Part shown: piece by piece, positions 9,296-18,843 of the stretch | Layout of the letters: every line of letters begins with the position of its first letter | Position numbering within the stretch: the first letter of the stretch is position 1 | From: a virus | Lineage: Duplodnaviria > Caudoviricetes | Strand: one strand, 5' to 3' | IMG/VR virus record: IMGVR_UViG_3300021387_001565 | Span: 1-64,000 of that record | Length of the DNA: 64,000 bases | The notes under the pieces: generated by a model | What the model was told of the DNA's origin: nothing | The model's input: only the letters and a program-made list of their open reading frames with translations | Databases searched by the model: none | Position numbers and translations under genes: made by a program

Positions 9296-9628
9296 TTACA
9301 AGGCGCTCACCGCAACGGTGATTACATCTTCCCATGGGATTGCCTTTGCCTTTTCTGCAAGTTCCTCGTCTGTCCAGTCATCTGCTTCATATCCGTAGTA
9401 GTTAAGGCAATCTTCGTAATCATAACCCTCTTTGGCGATATATGCGTTATCGTAATTAACTGCTATGGTTTCTATTCTCGGCTCACATAAATTGCCCGCC
9501 ATGTAACTATAATCATCGCTTATTCCGTCCGTATCTATCCATGCTACAACTCCCAAATTTGGGTTAGCCAAAATGAGTTCAGACAGTTTAGACGCACGCT
9601 CCTTGTTTAATTCATATTCTGTTTCCAT
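9296..9628 (-). CDS. acidic hypothetical protein
   Basis: GGAG RBS. Confidence 0.6.
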   Translation of the reverse strand: METEYELNKERASKLSELILANPNLGVVAWIDTDGISDDYSYMAGNLCEPRIETIAVNYDNAYIAKEGYDYEDCLNYYGYEADDWTDEELAEKAKAIPWEDVITVAVSAL

Positions 9629-9828
9629 TCGCTCACTCCTTCCTTGTACGGCTCTACATAAAACTTAACGATTGAGTGGCACTTTAGACATCGTGGCTGT
9701 CCGTATTTGAAGCCAATATCTTCTGTGGTCTCAACACATTCATTGTCCTCATTAAATATACCCACTCTATGCACATATTCCTTAATGCCGTATTCCATCA
9801 CCCTGCCGCATTTTGGACATAGTATCAT
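9607..9828 (-). CDS. Zn-ribbon protein
   Basis: CPKC...CLKC. Confidence 0.6.
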   Translation of the reverse strand: MILCPKCGRVMEYGIKEYVHRVGIFNEDNECVETTEDIGFKYGQPRCLKCHSIVKFYVEPYKEGVSEWKQNMN

Positions 9829-10040
9829 TCGCCCTCTCCTTCCAGCACTGTAAACCTTTTAACTTTGCCATTTGGTGTATCAACCACTTCGTTCCACATA
9901 GACGCAGGACGCACCCACATATTTCCTTTATTGTCCGCATATATGACCATAGATTCGAGCGTTTCAGTGTGAGTAGCCATGCCGAGTACCTCATATATTC
10001 CGCCTTTGTAATGTCTATACTTTACACAAGGAATTGTCAT
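9825..10040 (-). CDS. DUF1653-family protein
   Basis: YRHYKGGIYEVL...HTET...VIY...WVRP...RF. Confidence 0.8.
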   Translation of the reverse strand: MTIPCVKYRHYKGGIYEVLGMATHTETLESMVIYADNKGNMWVRPASMWNEVVDTPNGKVKRFTVLEGEGE

Positions 10041-10053
10041 TTGCTCTCCTTTC

Positions 10054-10659
10054 TTATTCCATCTTTGTGCCACAATTAGGACAATAGTTATCGGGATAGG
10101 TATCTATATCACTACATTCGGAGCATTTATAGCTATTTTCGTTCCCCAAATCATCATAATTACCTAATGGTATCCAATACCCTGTTTTCGGCTTCGGAGT
10201 GACGGGCGGCGCATCGTCAATAGCCCGAATAATCTGTCCGTAAATGTATGCTTCATGCTTCTCTTCCTCGGACATTCCCTCATACACTTCGTCAAGATGA
10301 TTGAATTGTGCTCTTAATGCCTGACGGTCAATTGCATCCTCGCAAGGCTGTACCTCATAATCATATCTCGCCTGTTGATAACCATGCTCATAGGCATCCT
10401 CTAGCATTCCATCTAATTTAAGCCTGCCGCAAGGCTCGGCTTCCGCTAACTCTTTTTTAAATTCTGCCATCTGCTCATCACTCATGCGTTCATTTTGTGC
10501 TTTGAGTGCTTCGATTGCTACATTAAGAGCTTCAACGGTTTCACGATTGCTCTCTTCTGCTTCTGCACAATCTTCGTCCACGTTAGCTTCATCAAGAGAT
10601 GATTGATGCATGAGGCGTGTTGTTTCCAGTATCTCTATCACTTTTTCGTTAGTCAGCAT
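10054..10659 (-). CDS. mosaic hypothetical protein with C-terminal Zn ribbon
   Basis: PCEDAIDRQA; CSEC...YCPNCG. Confidence 0.7.
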   Translation of the reverse strand: MLTNEKVIEILETTRLMHQSSLDEANVDEDCAEAEESNRETVEALNVAIEALKAQNERMSDEQMAEFKKELAEAEPCGRLKLDGMLEDAYEHGYQQARYDYEVQPCEDAIDRQALRAQFNHLDEVYEGMSEEEKHEAYIYGQIIRAIDDAPPVTPKPKTGYWIPLGNYDDLGNENSYKCSECSDIDTYPDNYCPNCGTKME

Positions 10660-10905
10660 TCTTCACCCTTTCCTTCGTATCACAAACAAATGCTTCTAAA
10701 GGTACTAACCATCTACTCATTCTTGCTCTCCTTCCTTTTCACTCAGTTCAGTTAGTGTTGAGCATTGCCCTGTTTCGATTACTCTCAAACAAGGCAAGCA
10801 CATTAACCTACATATTACCCATCGCATGTCCTCTTCGTGGTTCTCACAATCGCTTCGCCAAGGACACGTTTCAACAGCATGTTTTATTGCATTTTTGGTC
10901 ATTCT

Positions 10906-11178
10906 TCATCCCCTCGGGCAATTATCGATTATTCGATAGATGCTTCTAAAAGTAATATTGTTGCAGTTTTTGCAATTGTCGTCTTCTGAGAGATGATAAT
11001 TGCAGTCGGCTTCATAGTCTTCTATCTCTGCTTTTATACCGTCAAGCACCTCGTCAAGCGGCTTGCCCTTATCGAGCACTGCGGTCAACGTGGTACTGCC
11101 ACAGCCGAAAAAATCATCGTAATACCGTGTCTTCAATACTTCTTCGGGTATTTTAATCACAAGTTCAACGTCTGCCAT
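10906..11178 (-). CDS. modular hypothetical protein (ELVIKIPEE / VLDxIKAEI family)
   Basis: modules shared with 11354-12252. Confidence 0.65.
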   Translation of the reverse strand: MADVELVIKIPEEVLKTRYYDDFFGCGSTTLTAVLDKGKPLDEVLDGIKAEIEDYEADCNYHLSEDDNCKNCNNITFRSIYRIIDNCPRG

Positions 11179-11353
11179 AGTCAATCCAATCCTTCCTTTC
11201 TGCCTCATCAACTATCATCACACCACAGCCCTTGTGTGCCTCACTCCACACCAACTCGTTATCCGTCTCAAGCAAAGTCATAACTGCTTTTGCCACTCTG
11301 ACTTTAACAGGATAAATCTTTACTGTTTCACAAGTATCAATATATATAGTCAT

Positions 11354-11632
11354 TTAATCATCACTTTCTGCCTTGTACTTGTCGATAATTCGCAAAACTC
11401 TCTCAATTCCATCGTTATACGCCTTAATAAAGAAATTTGGGGAGTCCTCTAGTTTCTCCATTTCTATCTCTGCCTTTATCTCGTCAAGCACATTATCAAG
11501 CGGCTTGCCGTTCTTAATTGCTGTCAGCATCACATGACCGACAGACTCAGTGTACAGACGGTATTCTTCGTTGTTATCTACTGCCCGCTTAAGTTCTTCG
11601 GGTATCTTAATCACAAGTTCAATGTCTGTCAT
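11354..11632 (-). CDS. modular hypothetical protein
   Basis: ELVIKIPEE, VLDEIKAEI, IIDKY. Confidence 0.65.
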   Translation of the reverse strand: MTDIELVIKIPEELKRAVDNNEEYRLYTESVGHVMLTAIKNGKPLDNVLDEIKAEIEMEKLEDSPNFFIKAYNDGIERVLRIIDKYKAESDD

Positions 11633-11635
11633 TAT

Positions 11636-11854
11636 TCATCCCTCACTTTCCTCCCTGTATTTGTCGATAATCTGCAAGACTTCGTCCTTGAAAACCCACG
11701 GTCGGTCGTTGAAGTAACTTGAAATACCCTCTTCAAGGCTGGCTATTTCTGCTCTTATCTCGTCAAGCACATCAGACTTTCCATCTTTGTATCCACGAAT
11801 ATAGTTTTGCTCCTTAGTCATTGCTTTTATTTCTGCTTCAGATATTTCACTCAT
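11636..11854 (-). CDS. modular hypothetical protein
   Basis: VLDEIRAEI, IIDKY. Confidence 0.65.
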   Translation of the reverse strand: MSEISEAEIKAMTKEQNYIRGYKDGKSDVLDEIRAEIASLEEGISSYFNDRPWVFKDEVLQIIDKYREESEG

Positions 11855-12252
11855 TTCCCGTCACTTTCCTTTCTGTGCTTGTCGATAATGTCAAGCGCCT
11901 TTGTCAACCCCATTCGGTAATCCCACATTTCCATTGGTTTAGAGGCGATTTCTTGCTCAATCTCTGCCTCTATCTTATCAAGCACAGCATCGAGCGATTC
12001 AATGGGGCAAGGTACATCACAACTGTAATCGTCAAACCACTCGCAGATACTACAGCCATCAAACTTTTCTTTTATCTCGGCTGTTATCTTATCGGGGTCA
12101 TGCTCCTGTTCTAAGGCTTCGATTGCCATATTTAACGCTATCGTCACCAACACGTGAGTTATACTTTTACCATCTCCCCTGTACGGAGCTGGTTTAAGGT
12201 TCTGCAATATTGCTATCGCCTGTTTCTTTGTCATTATCAAATCGTCCATCAT
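11851..12252 (-). CDS. modular hypothetical protein
   Basis: ALNMAIEALE, VLDKIEAEI, IIDKH. Confidence 0.65.
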   Translation of the reverse strand: MMDDLIMTKKQAIAILQNLKPAPYRGDGKSITHVLVTIALNMAIEALEQEHDPDKITAEIKEKFDGCSICEWFDDYSCDVPCPIESLDAVLDKIEAEIEQEIASKPMEMWDYRMGLTKALDIIDKHRKESDGK

Positions 12253-12483
12253 TTACTCACCCTTCTTTGCTGTCTGATATTCATAGCATACACACTCAAG
12301 ATTATCTTTTGTAGGGCAATTCAACGCCCAACCGTACTCTGTGCCATCTATGTTCCACGCTTTACGTAACCACTTCTCACGAGTAGCATCTGTTAGGTAG
12401 CCAAGCACAACGGCTTGATTACCCTCTTCAAGAACTAAGCAGGGTCTTTTCCTGTCAGAGAAATGTCTAATTGCAATTATCAT
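12253..12483 (-). CDS. hypothetical protein
   Basis: in operon. Confidence 0.55.
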   Translation of the reverse strand: MIIAIRHFSDRKRPCLVLEEGNQAVVLGYLTDATREKWLRKAWNIDGTEYGWALNCPTKDNLECVCYEYQTAKKGE

Positions 12484-12761
12484 TTTTCATCCCCCGCCTC
12501 TTCCACAGATTTTACACGAGTATACGTCATGGTGGCATCTATGGGATAAACCATTTCTGTTCCCGCTGTCCACTTTTTATGTAACTTGCCATCGGAAAGT
12601 CGTACAGCGTCGTAGGTATCCTTGGTGTCGCCCGGGTACAGTACCTCGAAGGTCTTAATGTAGACATCCTCATACATGTCCTCGAACAGGTCACCTACAG
12701 CGATACTGCGTATATCCACTTTTTTATCCACGCTCTTTTGTACCACATTCAACTTCGGCAT
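12480..12761 (-). CDS. hypothetical protein
   Basis: preceded by a G10 RBS. Confidence 0.6.
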   Translation of the reverse strand: MPKLNVVQKSVDKKVDIRSIAVGDLFEDMYEDVYIKTFEVLYPGDTKDTYDAVRLSDGKLHKKWTAGTEMVYPIDATMTYTRVKSVEEAGDEK

Positions 12762-12799
12762 AGTCAATATCCCCCCCCCCTATTGTAATATGATTAAAT

Positions 12800-13090
12800 T
12801 TATATGCCGCCCTCTTTCCACAGGGCAGTGTTGACAGTGACCATCAAATCCTTAAGGAACTTCTCTGCTTCCTTCTGTGAACTCATCACGGCAGGAAGTT
12901 CACGCAAAGAAGCGGGCAGGCTAGACATAAAGTAGCACTGTTGTATTATATCGGTCACAAGTCGGTTAACCAATTCTTCTATTCCCTTTTGAGCAAGAAA
13001 CCGCTCAAAGTCGTCGCCCGATAAAGACCCTGTAGGAGCAAACTCCCCTACGGTCTTACAAATAACATCATATAATGAGTAAGTAGTCAT
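12800..13090 (-). CDS. hypothetical protein
   Basis: AAAGGA RBS before MTTYSL. Confidence 0.6.
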   Translation of the reverse strand: MTTYSLYDVICKTVGEFAPTGSLSGDDFERFLAQKGIEELVNRLVTDIIQQCYFMSSLPASLRELPAVMSSQKEAEKFLKDLMVTVNTALWKEGGI

Positions 13091-13106
13091 CGAACATGTC
13101 CTTTCT

Positions 13107-13406
13107 TTATTCTGCCCACACGCACCTGCTACCAAGTTCATGCTTACGCTTTGCTACTCTGTACCATGTTACATTGTCAAGCGATACCTCAAGGTACTCA
13201 TAACAGAATGAATGCTCATACGTTGAGCACATGTTATATTCACGTTCAGCCCATGTATAGGACTCATCTACAGTACAGCACAGGTACTTATAGAACCCGT
13301 CCTTGATACAGCACACAATGTCCTTGATAAGAGGTTCGGTACGGGGTTTAACCTCAGTCCAACCCATATCTTCCATAACCTTGATAGTAAGTTCGCTTCT
13401 CTTCAT
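13107..13406 (-). CDS. hypothetical protein
   Basis: AAAGGA RBS before MKRSEL. Confidence 0.55.
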   Translation of the reverse strand: MKRSELTIKVMEDMGWTEVKPRTEPLIKDIVCCIKDGFYKYLCCTVDESYTWAEREYNMCSTYEHSFCYEYLEVSLDNVTWYRVAKRKHELGSRCVWAE

Positions 13407-13417
13407 AGCCTGTCCTT

Positions 13418-13633
13418 TCAATCTGCTACGATAATATTTACCCATGCCTCACCATGAGACACGGTAGCATTGATTTCAAGCACGGAAAGGTCTCTGACCT
13501 TTCTCAGTTTCACAGGTGACTTGTGAGTGAGGTCAGCCACAGCACCCTCGAAGTAACAATACCTGTGCCGATTTCCAATGTATATATTCTGCGTACCGCA
13601 CCCTAAATGATAAATAAAATCCGCTACTGTCAT
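13418..13633 (-). CDS. hypothetical protein
   Basis: AGGGGG RBS before MTVADF. Confidence 0.6.
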   Translation of the reverse strand: MTVADFIYHLGCGTQNIYIGNRHRYCYFEGAVADLTHKSPVKLRKVRDLSVLEINATVSHGEAWVNIIVAD

Positions 13634-13649
13634 ATCATATCCCCCCTTA

Positions 13650-13862
13650 TCAGTCAACAACCTTAATGTAGAGTGCCATCCTGCGTGCTGTGCGAGGCTC
13701 AAAGGACATTACCTCGCTTCTTCCGTACTGCACACGGTAGGCGTTCTTATCACCCGAGAAAAGCACCTTAGCGTTCTTATTCATGTAACCTCTCTGTGCA
13801 GTATCGATGAGGTCAAAGGTCATGTTAGATACATCAAGTCTTGTAAGTTCAGTCACTGTCAT
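13650..13862 (-). CDS. hypothetical protein
   Basis: first gene after a promoter. Confidence 0.6.
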   Translation of the reverse strand: MTVTELTRLDVSNMTFDLIDTAQRGYMNKNAKVLFSGDKNAYRVQYGRSEVMSFEPRTARRMALYIKVVD

Positions 13863-13905
13863 AATTCGTACCCCCTGCGATTTGTTTGATTTATCTTACA
13901 AGATT

Positions 13906-13942
13906 ATTATAACCTATGATAAAGAAGAAAATCAACAGATTT
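13906..13942 (-). promoter_or_regulatory. conserved phage promoter
   Basis: AAATCTGTTGATTTT...TATAAT followed by CTTGTAAG. Confidence 0.8.
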
Positions 13943-13947
13943 GGAAG

Positions 13948-14253
13948 TCACACAAACAAACTGACAAAGCCACTCGGCTCTTCACTCTCAGTGGTCTTCT
14001 TCTTCGGCGCGGGCTTCGGGATTGCTCGCTTAGGAGCAGGTGCAGGCTCAATAGTTTCGACAGCACCGTCTGTACCGCTTAACAGTGTTTCCACTGCATT
14101 GAGGTCACGCTCATATATCCTCTTCATATTAAGAGGTAAGTCCGTAGTTTTGAGTACATTCTTATATGCCTTGCGGAATGCCTCTAGTCCCGATTTAACT
14201 ATCGTATCACCATGCCTGTATCCGAGTGTGTCTCTTGCTTCCTGTACGGTCAT
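13948..14253 (-). CDS. hypothetical protein with Pro/Lys-rich tail
   Basis: GGGGGG RBS; ends FVSLFV. Confidence 0.6.
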   Translation of the reverse strand: MTVQEARDTLGYRHGDTIVKSGLEAFRKAYKNVLKTTDLPLNMKRIYERDLNAVETLLSGTDGAVETIEPAPAPKRAIPKPAPKKKTTESEEPSGFVSLFV

Positions 14254-14255
14254 AA

Positions 14256-14507
14256 TCAATCCCCCCATGCAACTACATATCTTTTTGCGGCGGCAATAGC
14301 CTTTTCCTTGGTAGCATAGACCTTCATGCCAAGTCCGTTTCCACCACGCACATCATAGTCGATACGGTTAAGGCACTCAAACCTTACTGACCATTCACCT
14401 GTCCAACCACCAAGAGGCTTGTATTTAGATACCCAAGCCCCACGGTCACCACTGTTGGACTTGAAGTAAATCTTATCGTCGCTAAAGTCTCTTCTCTGCA
14501 TAAACAA
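14256..14507 (-). CDS. hypothetical protein
   Basis: first gene after a promoter. Confidence 0.6.
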   Translation of the reverse strand: MFMQRRDFSDDKIYFKSNSGDRGAWVSKYKPLGGWTGEWSVRFECLNRIDYDVRGGNGLGMKVYATKEKAIAAAKRYVVAWGD

Positions 14508-14539
14508 TACCCCCTGCCGTAAATTTATCTTACAAGATT

Positions 14540-14576
14540 ATTATAAACTACGACAGAGGGTAAAATCAACAGATTT
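14540..14576 (-). promoter_or_regulatory. conserved phage promoter
   Basis: near-identical to the copy at 5953. Confidence 0.8.
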
Positions 14577-15141
14577 ACTGCACAGGCTTGATTCTTGCGT
14601 AGATATCACAGTAGGTACTGTCAAATGAATCATCTACCTTCTCGATGAACCAAGGCTGACCTACTACCTGCTGATAATACGAAGACCAATTATTGCCACC
14701 GATACGAGCATGGATGTAAAGGATATCGTCTCTGCCTGTGTACTTATTCCAGGTTGTCAACTGTGCGCTTTTGCGCTTTATCTCGTTATGTATGTAGGTC
14801 TTTAATATCTTACGTTTCTTGCCGTGGATTCTGTCCCAACGAACCCCTACATAGTCAATGTAACCATACTCATCCTTACCTTTAACAAGATAAAACTTTT
14901 TAAGATAGTCAGTCCACCAACTTAATTCGGAGTAACTTGTACGAATGCTCCAAAAAGGATAACCCTCACATAAATCCCTAACACACTCGATGGCAATGTC
15001 ATTTTTATTGATTACTTCTTTGAGGTCTACAGGCTCTTGGATTTTCATAAGTCTGTATCCACGAAGTCTGGGAACTTCTATCCCATTATCCTTGACAATC
15101 TTACTTAAATCCTCAATCTGAATATATGCGCCTAAGTCCAT
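14575..15141 (-). CDS. hypothetical phage protein
   Basis: RBS; HARIGGNNW...DSTYCDIYA. Confidence 0.75.
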   Translation of the reverse strand: MDLGAYIQIEDLSKIVKDNGIEVPRLRGYRLMKIQEPVDLKEVINKNDIAIECVRDLCEGYPFWSIRTSYSELSWWTDYLKKFYLVKGKDEYGYIDYVGVRWDRIHGKKRKILKTYIHNEIKRKSAQLTTWNKYTGRDDILYIHARIGGNNWSSYYQQVVGQPWFIEKVDDSFDSTYCDIYARIKPVQ

Positions 15142-15163
15142 ATTACCTGTCCTTCCTCTCTGC

Positions 15164-15589
15164 TTACTTAAACTCTATCAACTTCATTGAGCGTTCCGCA
15201 TCGTTATAAAACCAATTCGTCCACGGACTGTTGCCCAATGTCTGTGCTTCAAGTGCTCTTTTATTCCAATCAAGCACATGTTCTGCTACAGTGGCGTACT
15301 CAAAACGGGTTAAATCTGAAACAGGCTCATTCTGTAAGTCTTTGATATAAGCCACTTCGTTTAAAAGCGTTTCGTATTCCATATCGAGTTCCGCCTGTTT
15401 AAGAAGAACACGAGTGTGAGTTATGGTAATTGCTACTGTGGAAACAAATGTCCAACTAATACCTATAATAAGCATAATAATTGCAATAGCATCTATAGCA
15501 CCACGGTCAAATGCACGGGTATGGTCAACCAGCCAAATCCCAATAAGACTGAGTATTAAAAGTCCTATAGGAATGAGTGTAAGTAACAT
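15164..15589 (-). CDS. membrane protein (2 TM)
   Basis: two hydrophobic helices. Confidence 0.7.
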   Translation of the reverse strand: MLLTLIPIGLLILSLIGIWLVDHTRAFDRGAIDAIAIIMLIIGISWTFVSTVAITITHTRVLLKQAELDMEYETLLNEVAYIKDLQNEPVSDLTRFEYATVAEHVLDWNKRALEAQTLGNSPWTNWFYNDAERSMKLIEFK

Positions 15590-15608
15590 ATCATTTTCCC
15601 CCCTTCAT

Positions 15609-16571
15609 TTAAAAAACAAGCGACGCCTTACTGTCCCACGAAGAATACATCTTGCCGTTCTCACGGATGATGTAATATTTAGTAGCCATATTTGTTTCAT
15701 CCTTTGCCATACTATCCATATCAATTACAGTAGAGAATCCATTGTAATCATATCTTGCCGCACCATAAGGAAGAACATTAATGAGTTTTCCATTTGTTCT
15801 TACATAAGTGTTTATCCTACTCAGAAACTCATCACAGTAGTTACTACAATTCTGCTTAATCCATTCACCCTCAGGAGTTCCGTCAACACTCCACATCTTA
15901 CGGAAGGTTACTTGGTCAGCAGACAGCTCGGAACATCTTTTAAAAATACTATAAAGTTCTTCGTTTAATATCCCGTTATTTACTACATGGTCTTGCATAT
16001 TGTAGGCATATCGCCAATTCAAATAATCATAAGTACGGAAGTGTTCTGTAAACATAAAGTTGGTGACGTTTACACAAATACGAATATTAAAGCCGCGCTG
16101 TTTTGCATTTACGCATAAAGTGTACAAACCAAATGTCTTATCAGCACAGCGCTCTATTTCTTTATTAATGGCATTATCAAAAATGTTAAACGTAGAAATT
16201 GCGAGAGTGGTAACACCGATTGCTTTAAGGAAGTCAAGATAATCTTTATCTATAAACGCTCCCGTAGTCTGCATCTCAATATTTAAGAACGGTTTGGGTA
16301 AAGATTTCATGGCAAGGTACAGACTTTCAAGCCACCTTCTGTTCTGCTGTGGTTCAACTGAACCCGTAAGCATCAACGTAGTACAACCCTTGTCCTGTGC
16401 GTACTGCATACGCTTAATTACATCATTCCAATACTCAAAGGTATCATAGCGACTTCCATTGAATTTATCTTCATACGGATTGTCGTGCTGTCTTGCTGTA
16501 CAAGTTTCGCAATGATTGATACATTTCTTTGCCGGACAGCAGATTGATAAACTCTGAATTACTTCCTGCAT
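15609..16571 (-). CDS. radical SAM protein
   Basis: CINHCETC; LTGSVEP; EMQTTG. Confidence 0.8.
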   Translation of the reverse strand: MQEVIQSLSICCPAKKCINHCETCTARQHDNPYEDKFNGSRYDTFEYWNDVIKRMQYAQDKGCTTLMLTGSVEPQQNRRWLESLYLAMKSLPKPFLNIEMQTTGAFIDKDYLDFLKAIGVTTLAISTFNIFDNAINKEIERCADKTFGLYTLCVNAKQRGFNIRICVNVTNFMFTEHFRTYDYLNWRYAYNMQDHVVNNGILNEELYSIFKRCSELSADQVTFRKMWSVDGTPEGEWIKQNCSNYCDEFLSRINTYVRTNGKLINVLPYGAARYDYNGFSTVIDMDSMAKDETNMATKYYIIRENGKMYSSWDSKASLVF

Positions 16572-16573
16572 AC

Positions 16574-16900
16574 TCACTCTTCCTTTCTCTTCTCTACAAG
16601 CCACAAGTCTGTATCTCTGTCATACTCAATTATCTCATATGTCTTAGAGAGTTCATTTACAGTTACAGAATCATTAACTCTTAATCTGTAACGTTCATGC
16701 TTCGTAGGTATAAGCGCAAGACAGAACATAGACGCCAGAAGTAGTGCAGAACCAAAGAGTACCAAAAAATCGACTAAATCTTTATCCCAAGCGCTATTCG
16801 CCTTCCGTACAGCCATAATGTAACAAATCATGCAGAGCACTAAGAGTACAATAAAAGGGGCGAATCCCGTATATGTAACTACTTTACTGATTACTTCCAT
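16574..16900 (-). CDS. membrane protein
   Basis: two TM helices; AGGGGG RBS. Confidence 0.65.
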   Translation of the reverse strand: MEVISKVVTYTGFAPFIVLLVLCMICYIMAVRKANSAWDKDLVDFLVLFGSALLLASMFCLALIPTKHERYRLRVNDSVTVNELSKTYEIIEYDRDTDLWLVEKRKEE

Positions 16901-17255
16901 TCTCATTCCCCCTGTCATTGTTAATAGAAGAAGTATATCGGCTAAGCCTCTCGCCAATCTCGGGCAAAGAATAGCGGGCAAGAATAGCACACAGGAAGGT
17001 AAACCCACCAAATAAATCGGCTACAACTTCCTGCGGGAGATTGTTAAGTTCCCAAATGTAATACTTGTATGCCTGCTCGGCACTACGTCTGCCACGTTCA
17101 AAGGCTGACCTCTGATTGTAAAAATCACTCTGCACATTCTGTCTGTTCTTCACAGAACACTGTTCCTGTGCGCGTTTGTATCCTTCGTTATAGCCATCAC
17201 GATACGCCTGTCCGATATTACGTGCTGACTCATAAGTCTCATCGATTCTATTCAT
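16884..17255 (-). CDS. hypothetical protein
   Basis: GAGGTG RBS; AYRDGYNEGY. Confidence 0.65.
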   Translation of the reverse strand: MNRIDETYESARNIGQAYRDGYNEGYKRAQEQCSVKNRQNVQSDFYNQRSAFERGRRSAEQAYKYYIWELNNLPQEVVADLFGGFTFLCAILARYSLPEIGERLSRYTSSINNDRGNENGSNQ

Positions 17256-17297
17256 GTTAAGTCACCTCGCTCATTCCTGTCCGCTAACAGCAGGAGA

Positions 17298-17465
17298 CTA
17301 CAATACTGTAAAGGTAATGTAATTCCTATCCCCCTTAAGGAGTACAGGCTTGGTGAGAAGTTTATCTCCCCAATACTTCTTAATCCATGCTTTCTGCTTA
17401 TGGAGCGGAACAGTATCACTTCTGCGAACATTATAAGTAAGTGTTGATACAGTAGATATATCCAT
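17298..17465 (-). CDS. 55-aa hypothetical protein (not in ORF track)
   Basis: MDISTVSTLTYNVRR...ITFTVL*, after a G10 RBS. Confidence 0.5.
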   Translation of the reverse strand: MDISTVSTLTYNVRRSDTVPLHKQKAWIKKYWGDKLLTKPVLLKGDRNYITFTVL

Positions 17466-17484
17466 AGGTCACGTCCCCCCCCCC

Positions 17485-17844
17485 TTACCCCATATAGTGT
17501 GATGAAATAGCAGGAATGATAACGCCCTTTCCCTGTAAATCCTTCTTGGCATATTCCCTGCCCAACTTATACATAACGCCCTTATCAAGGCAGTCCTCAG
17601 CAGTATCGTCGTAGTAACCTGCTTCTACATCATAATAACCTCTTGTGAAGTTTCTGTAGGCAGAGTTACGATATTCGTTATCAAGGAACTCTTTGGTGAA
17701 TACTCGTCCCGAACTGTGAACATATACCACCTTGTTCGCATCACCATCGATGGTAGACTCTTGGCAGATGTCGAACAGCGGGTTACCGTAAACTGTGATG
17801 TTCCTCTCGATTTCTTCCTTCATCTGACTATTTAATCTGCACAT
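17485..17844 (-). CDS. hypothetical protein
   Basis: AGGGGG RBS before MCRLNS. Confidence 0.6.
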   Translation of the reverse strand: MCRLNSQMKEEIERNITVYGNPLFDICQESTIDGDANKVVYVHSSGRVFTKEFLDNEYRNSAYRNFTRGYYDVEAGYYDDTAEDCLDKGVMYKLGREYAKKDLQGKGVIIPAISSHYMG

Positions 17845-18130
17845 GTTTGTCTTCCCCCTTATGATACTTGCTGAGTCTTTTATAGTTAGCATTGAATGTA
17901 CGCTCATCCTCACGGATGTTCTTATCTGAGTTAATCCAATTCAGATGCTTGCCTGTTGTAGTTCCCCAATAGTTCTTGATTATGTGAAATTCACCGTTAA
18001 TACGGAAAGCAACAAGAGTGTTGTAACTGTACCAATACTCATTGCCCCTGTTGTCCTCGAAGCACAGCGTGTGTGCTCCATAGTTATCATTTGAATACTG
18101 ACCGTAATTGTAATACTTAGGCTTAAACAT
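17828..18130 (-). CDS. hypothetical phage protein
   Basis: WYSYNTLVAF...TTTGKHLN. Confidence 0.7.
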   Translation of the reverse strand: MFKPKYYNYGQYSNDNYGAHTLCFEDNRGNEYWYSYNTLVAFRINGEFHIIKNYWGTTTGKHLNWINSDKNIREDERTFNANYKRLSKYHKGEDKHVQIK

Positions 18131-18178
18131 ATCTCATGTTCCCCTTTCAGTTAAGTGCTGTATGTATCTTACAAGGTT

Positions 18179-18215
18179 ATTATAAACTATGTTAGGAAAG
18201 AAAATCAACAGATTT
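18179..18215 (-). promoter_or_regulatory. conserved phage promoter
   Basis: TTGATT-18 nt-TATAAT. Confidence 0.8.
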
Positions 18216-18537
18216 AAACTGCTTCCTTACTAAGTAAAGTCTTCTTGCCGTAGATGTCCATCTCGTATGTACCTGCGAACTTATAGCCGAGAGACATATA
18301 TCTCTTGTATACCTTGTTACCGTACTCGGCAGTAAGGATACGCTTTAACTCACCTATATAGCCTGTACTGCCGTCCGCACGCTCTTCACGCTCAACGTAA
18401 TACTTATTACCATTGACTACCCGATGGAACTCACACACGGACTTCCATCCGTCACCGATAGACTTTTCCAAGCGGTAAAAAGTGCTTGACCTTCTGCTAC
18501 CTGTGCTTGCCATTATTACCTGCTCTGTATGTGCCAT
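18214..18537 (-). CDS. hypothetical protein
   Basis: AGGGGG RBS. Confidence 0.65.
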   Translation of the reverse strand: MAHTEQVIMASTGSRRSSTFYRLEKSIGDGWKSVCEFHRVVNGNKYYVEREERADGSTGYIGELKRILTAEYGNKVYKRYMSLGYKFAGTYEMDIYGKKTLLSKEAV

Positions 18538-18557
18538 GTGGACTTCCCCCTTTCTGT

Positions 18558-18827
18558 TTAATCAATCACGCCACGTTTCTTCATATCGTAGTAGCACCAT
18601 CTTGCTACTGCATCATCTTCCATAGTGGAGAAGATGTCAAGGCGGGAGTCAATGTCTTTCCTGTAAGCATCAATCTCTTCCACCTGCTTTTTAATAGAGT
18701 TACCAAGAACATTATAACCTGCTTCAATATCGGACTGCATGTTCTTGTGCATGGTAGCCAAAATGACCTTCTTATCTGCAAGCCACAACTCAAACCACTC
18801 CCAATCAGTAGTGTTCACTTTAGCCAT
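18558..18827 (-). CDS. hypothetical protein
   Basis: AGGGGG RBS. Confidence 0.65.
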   Translation of the reverse strand: MAKVNTTDWEWFELWLADKKVILATMHKNMQSDIEAGYNVLGNSIKKQVEEIDAYRKDIDSRLDIFSTMEDDAVARWCYYDMKKRGVID

Positions 18828-18843
18828 ATTCGTTATCCCCCTT

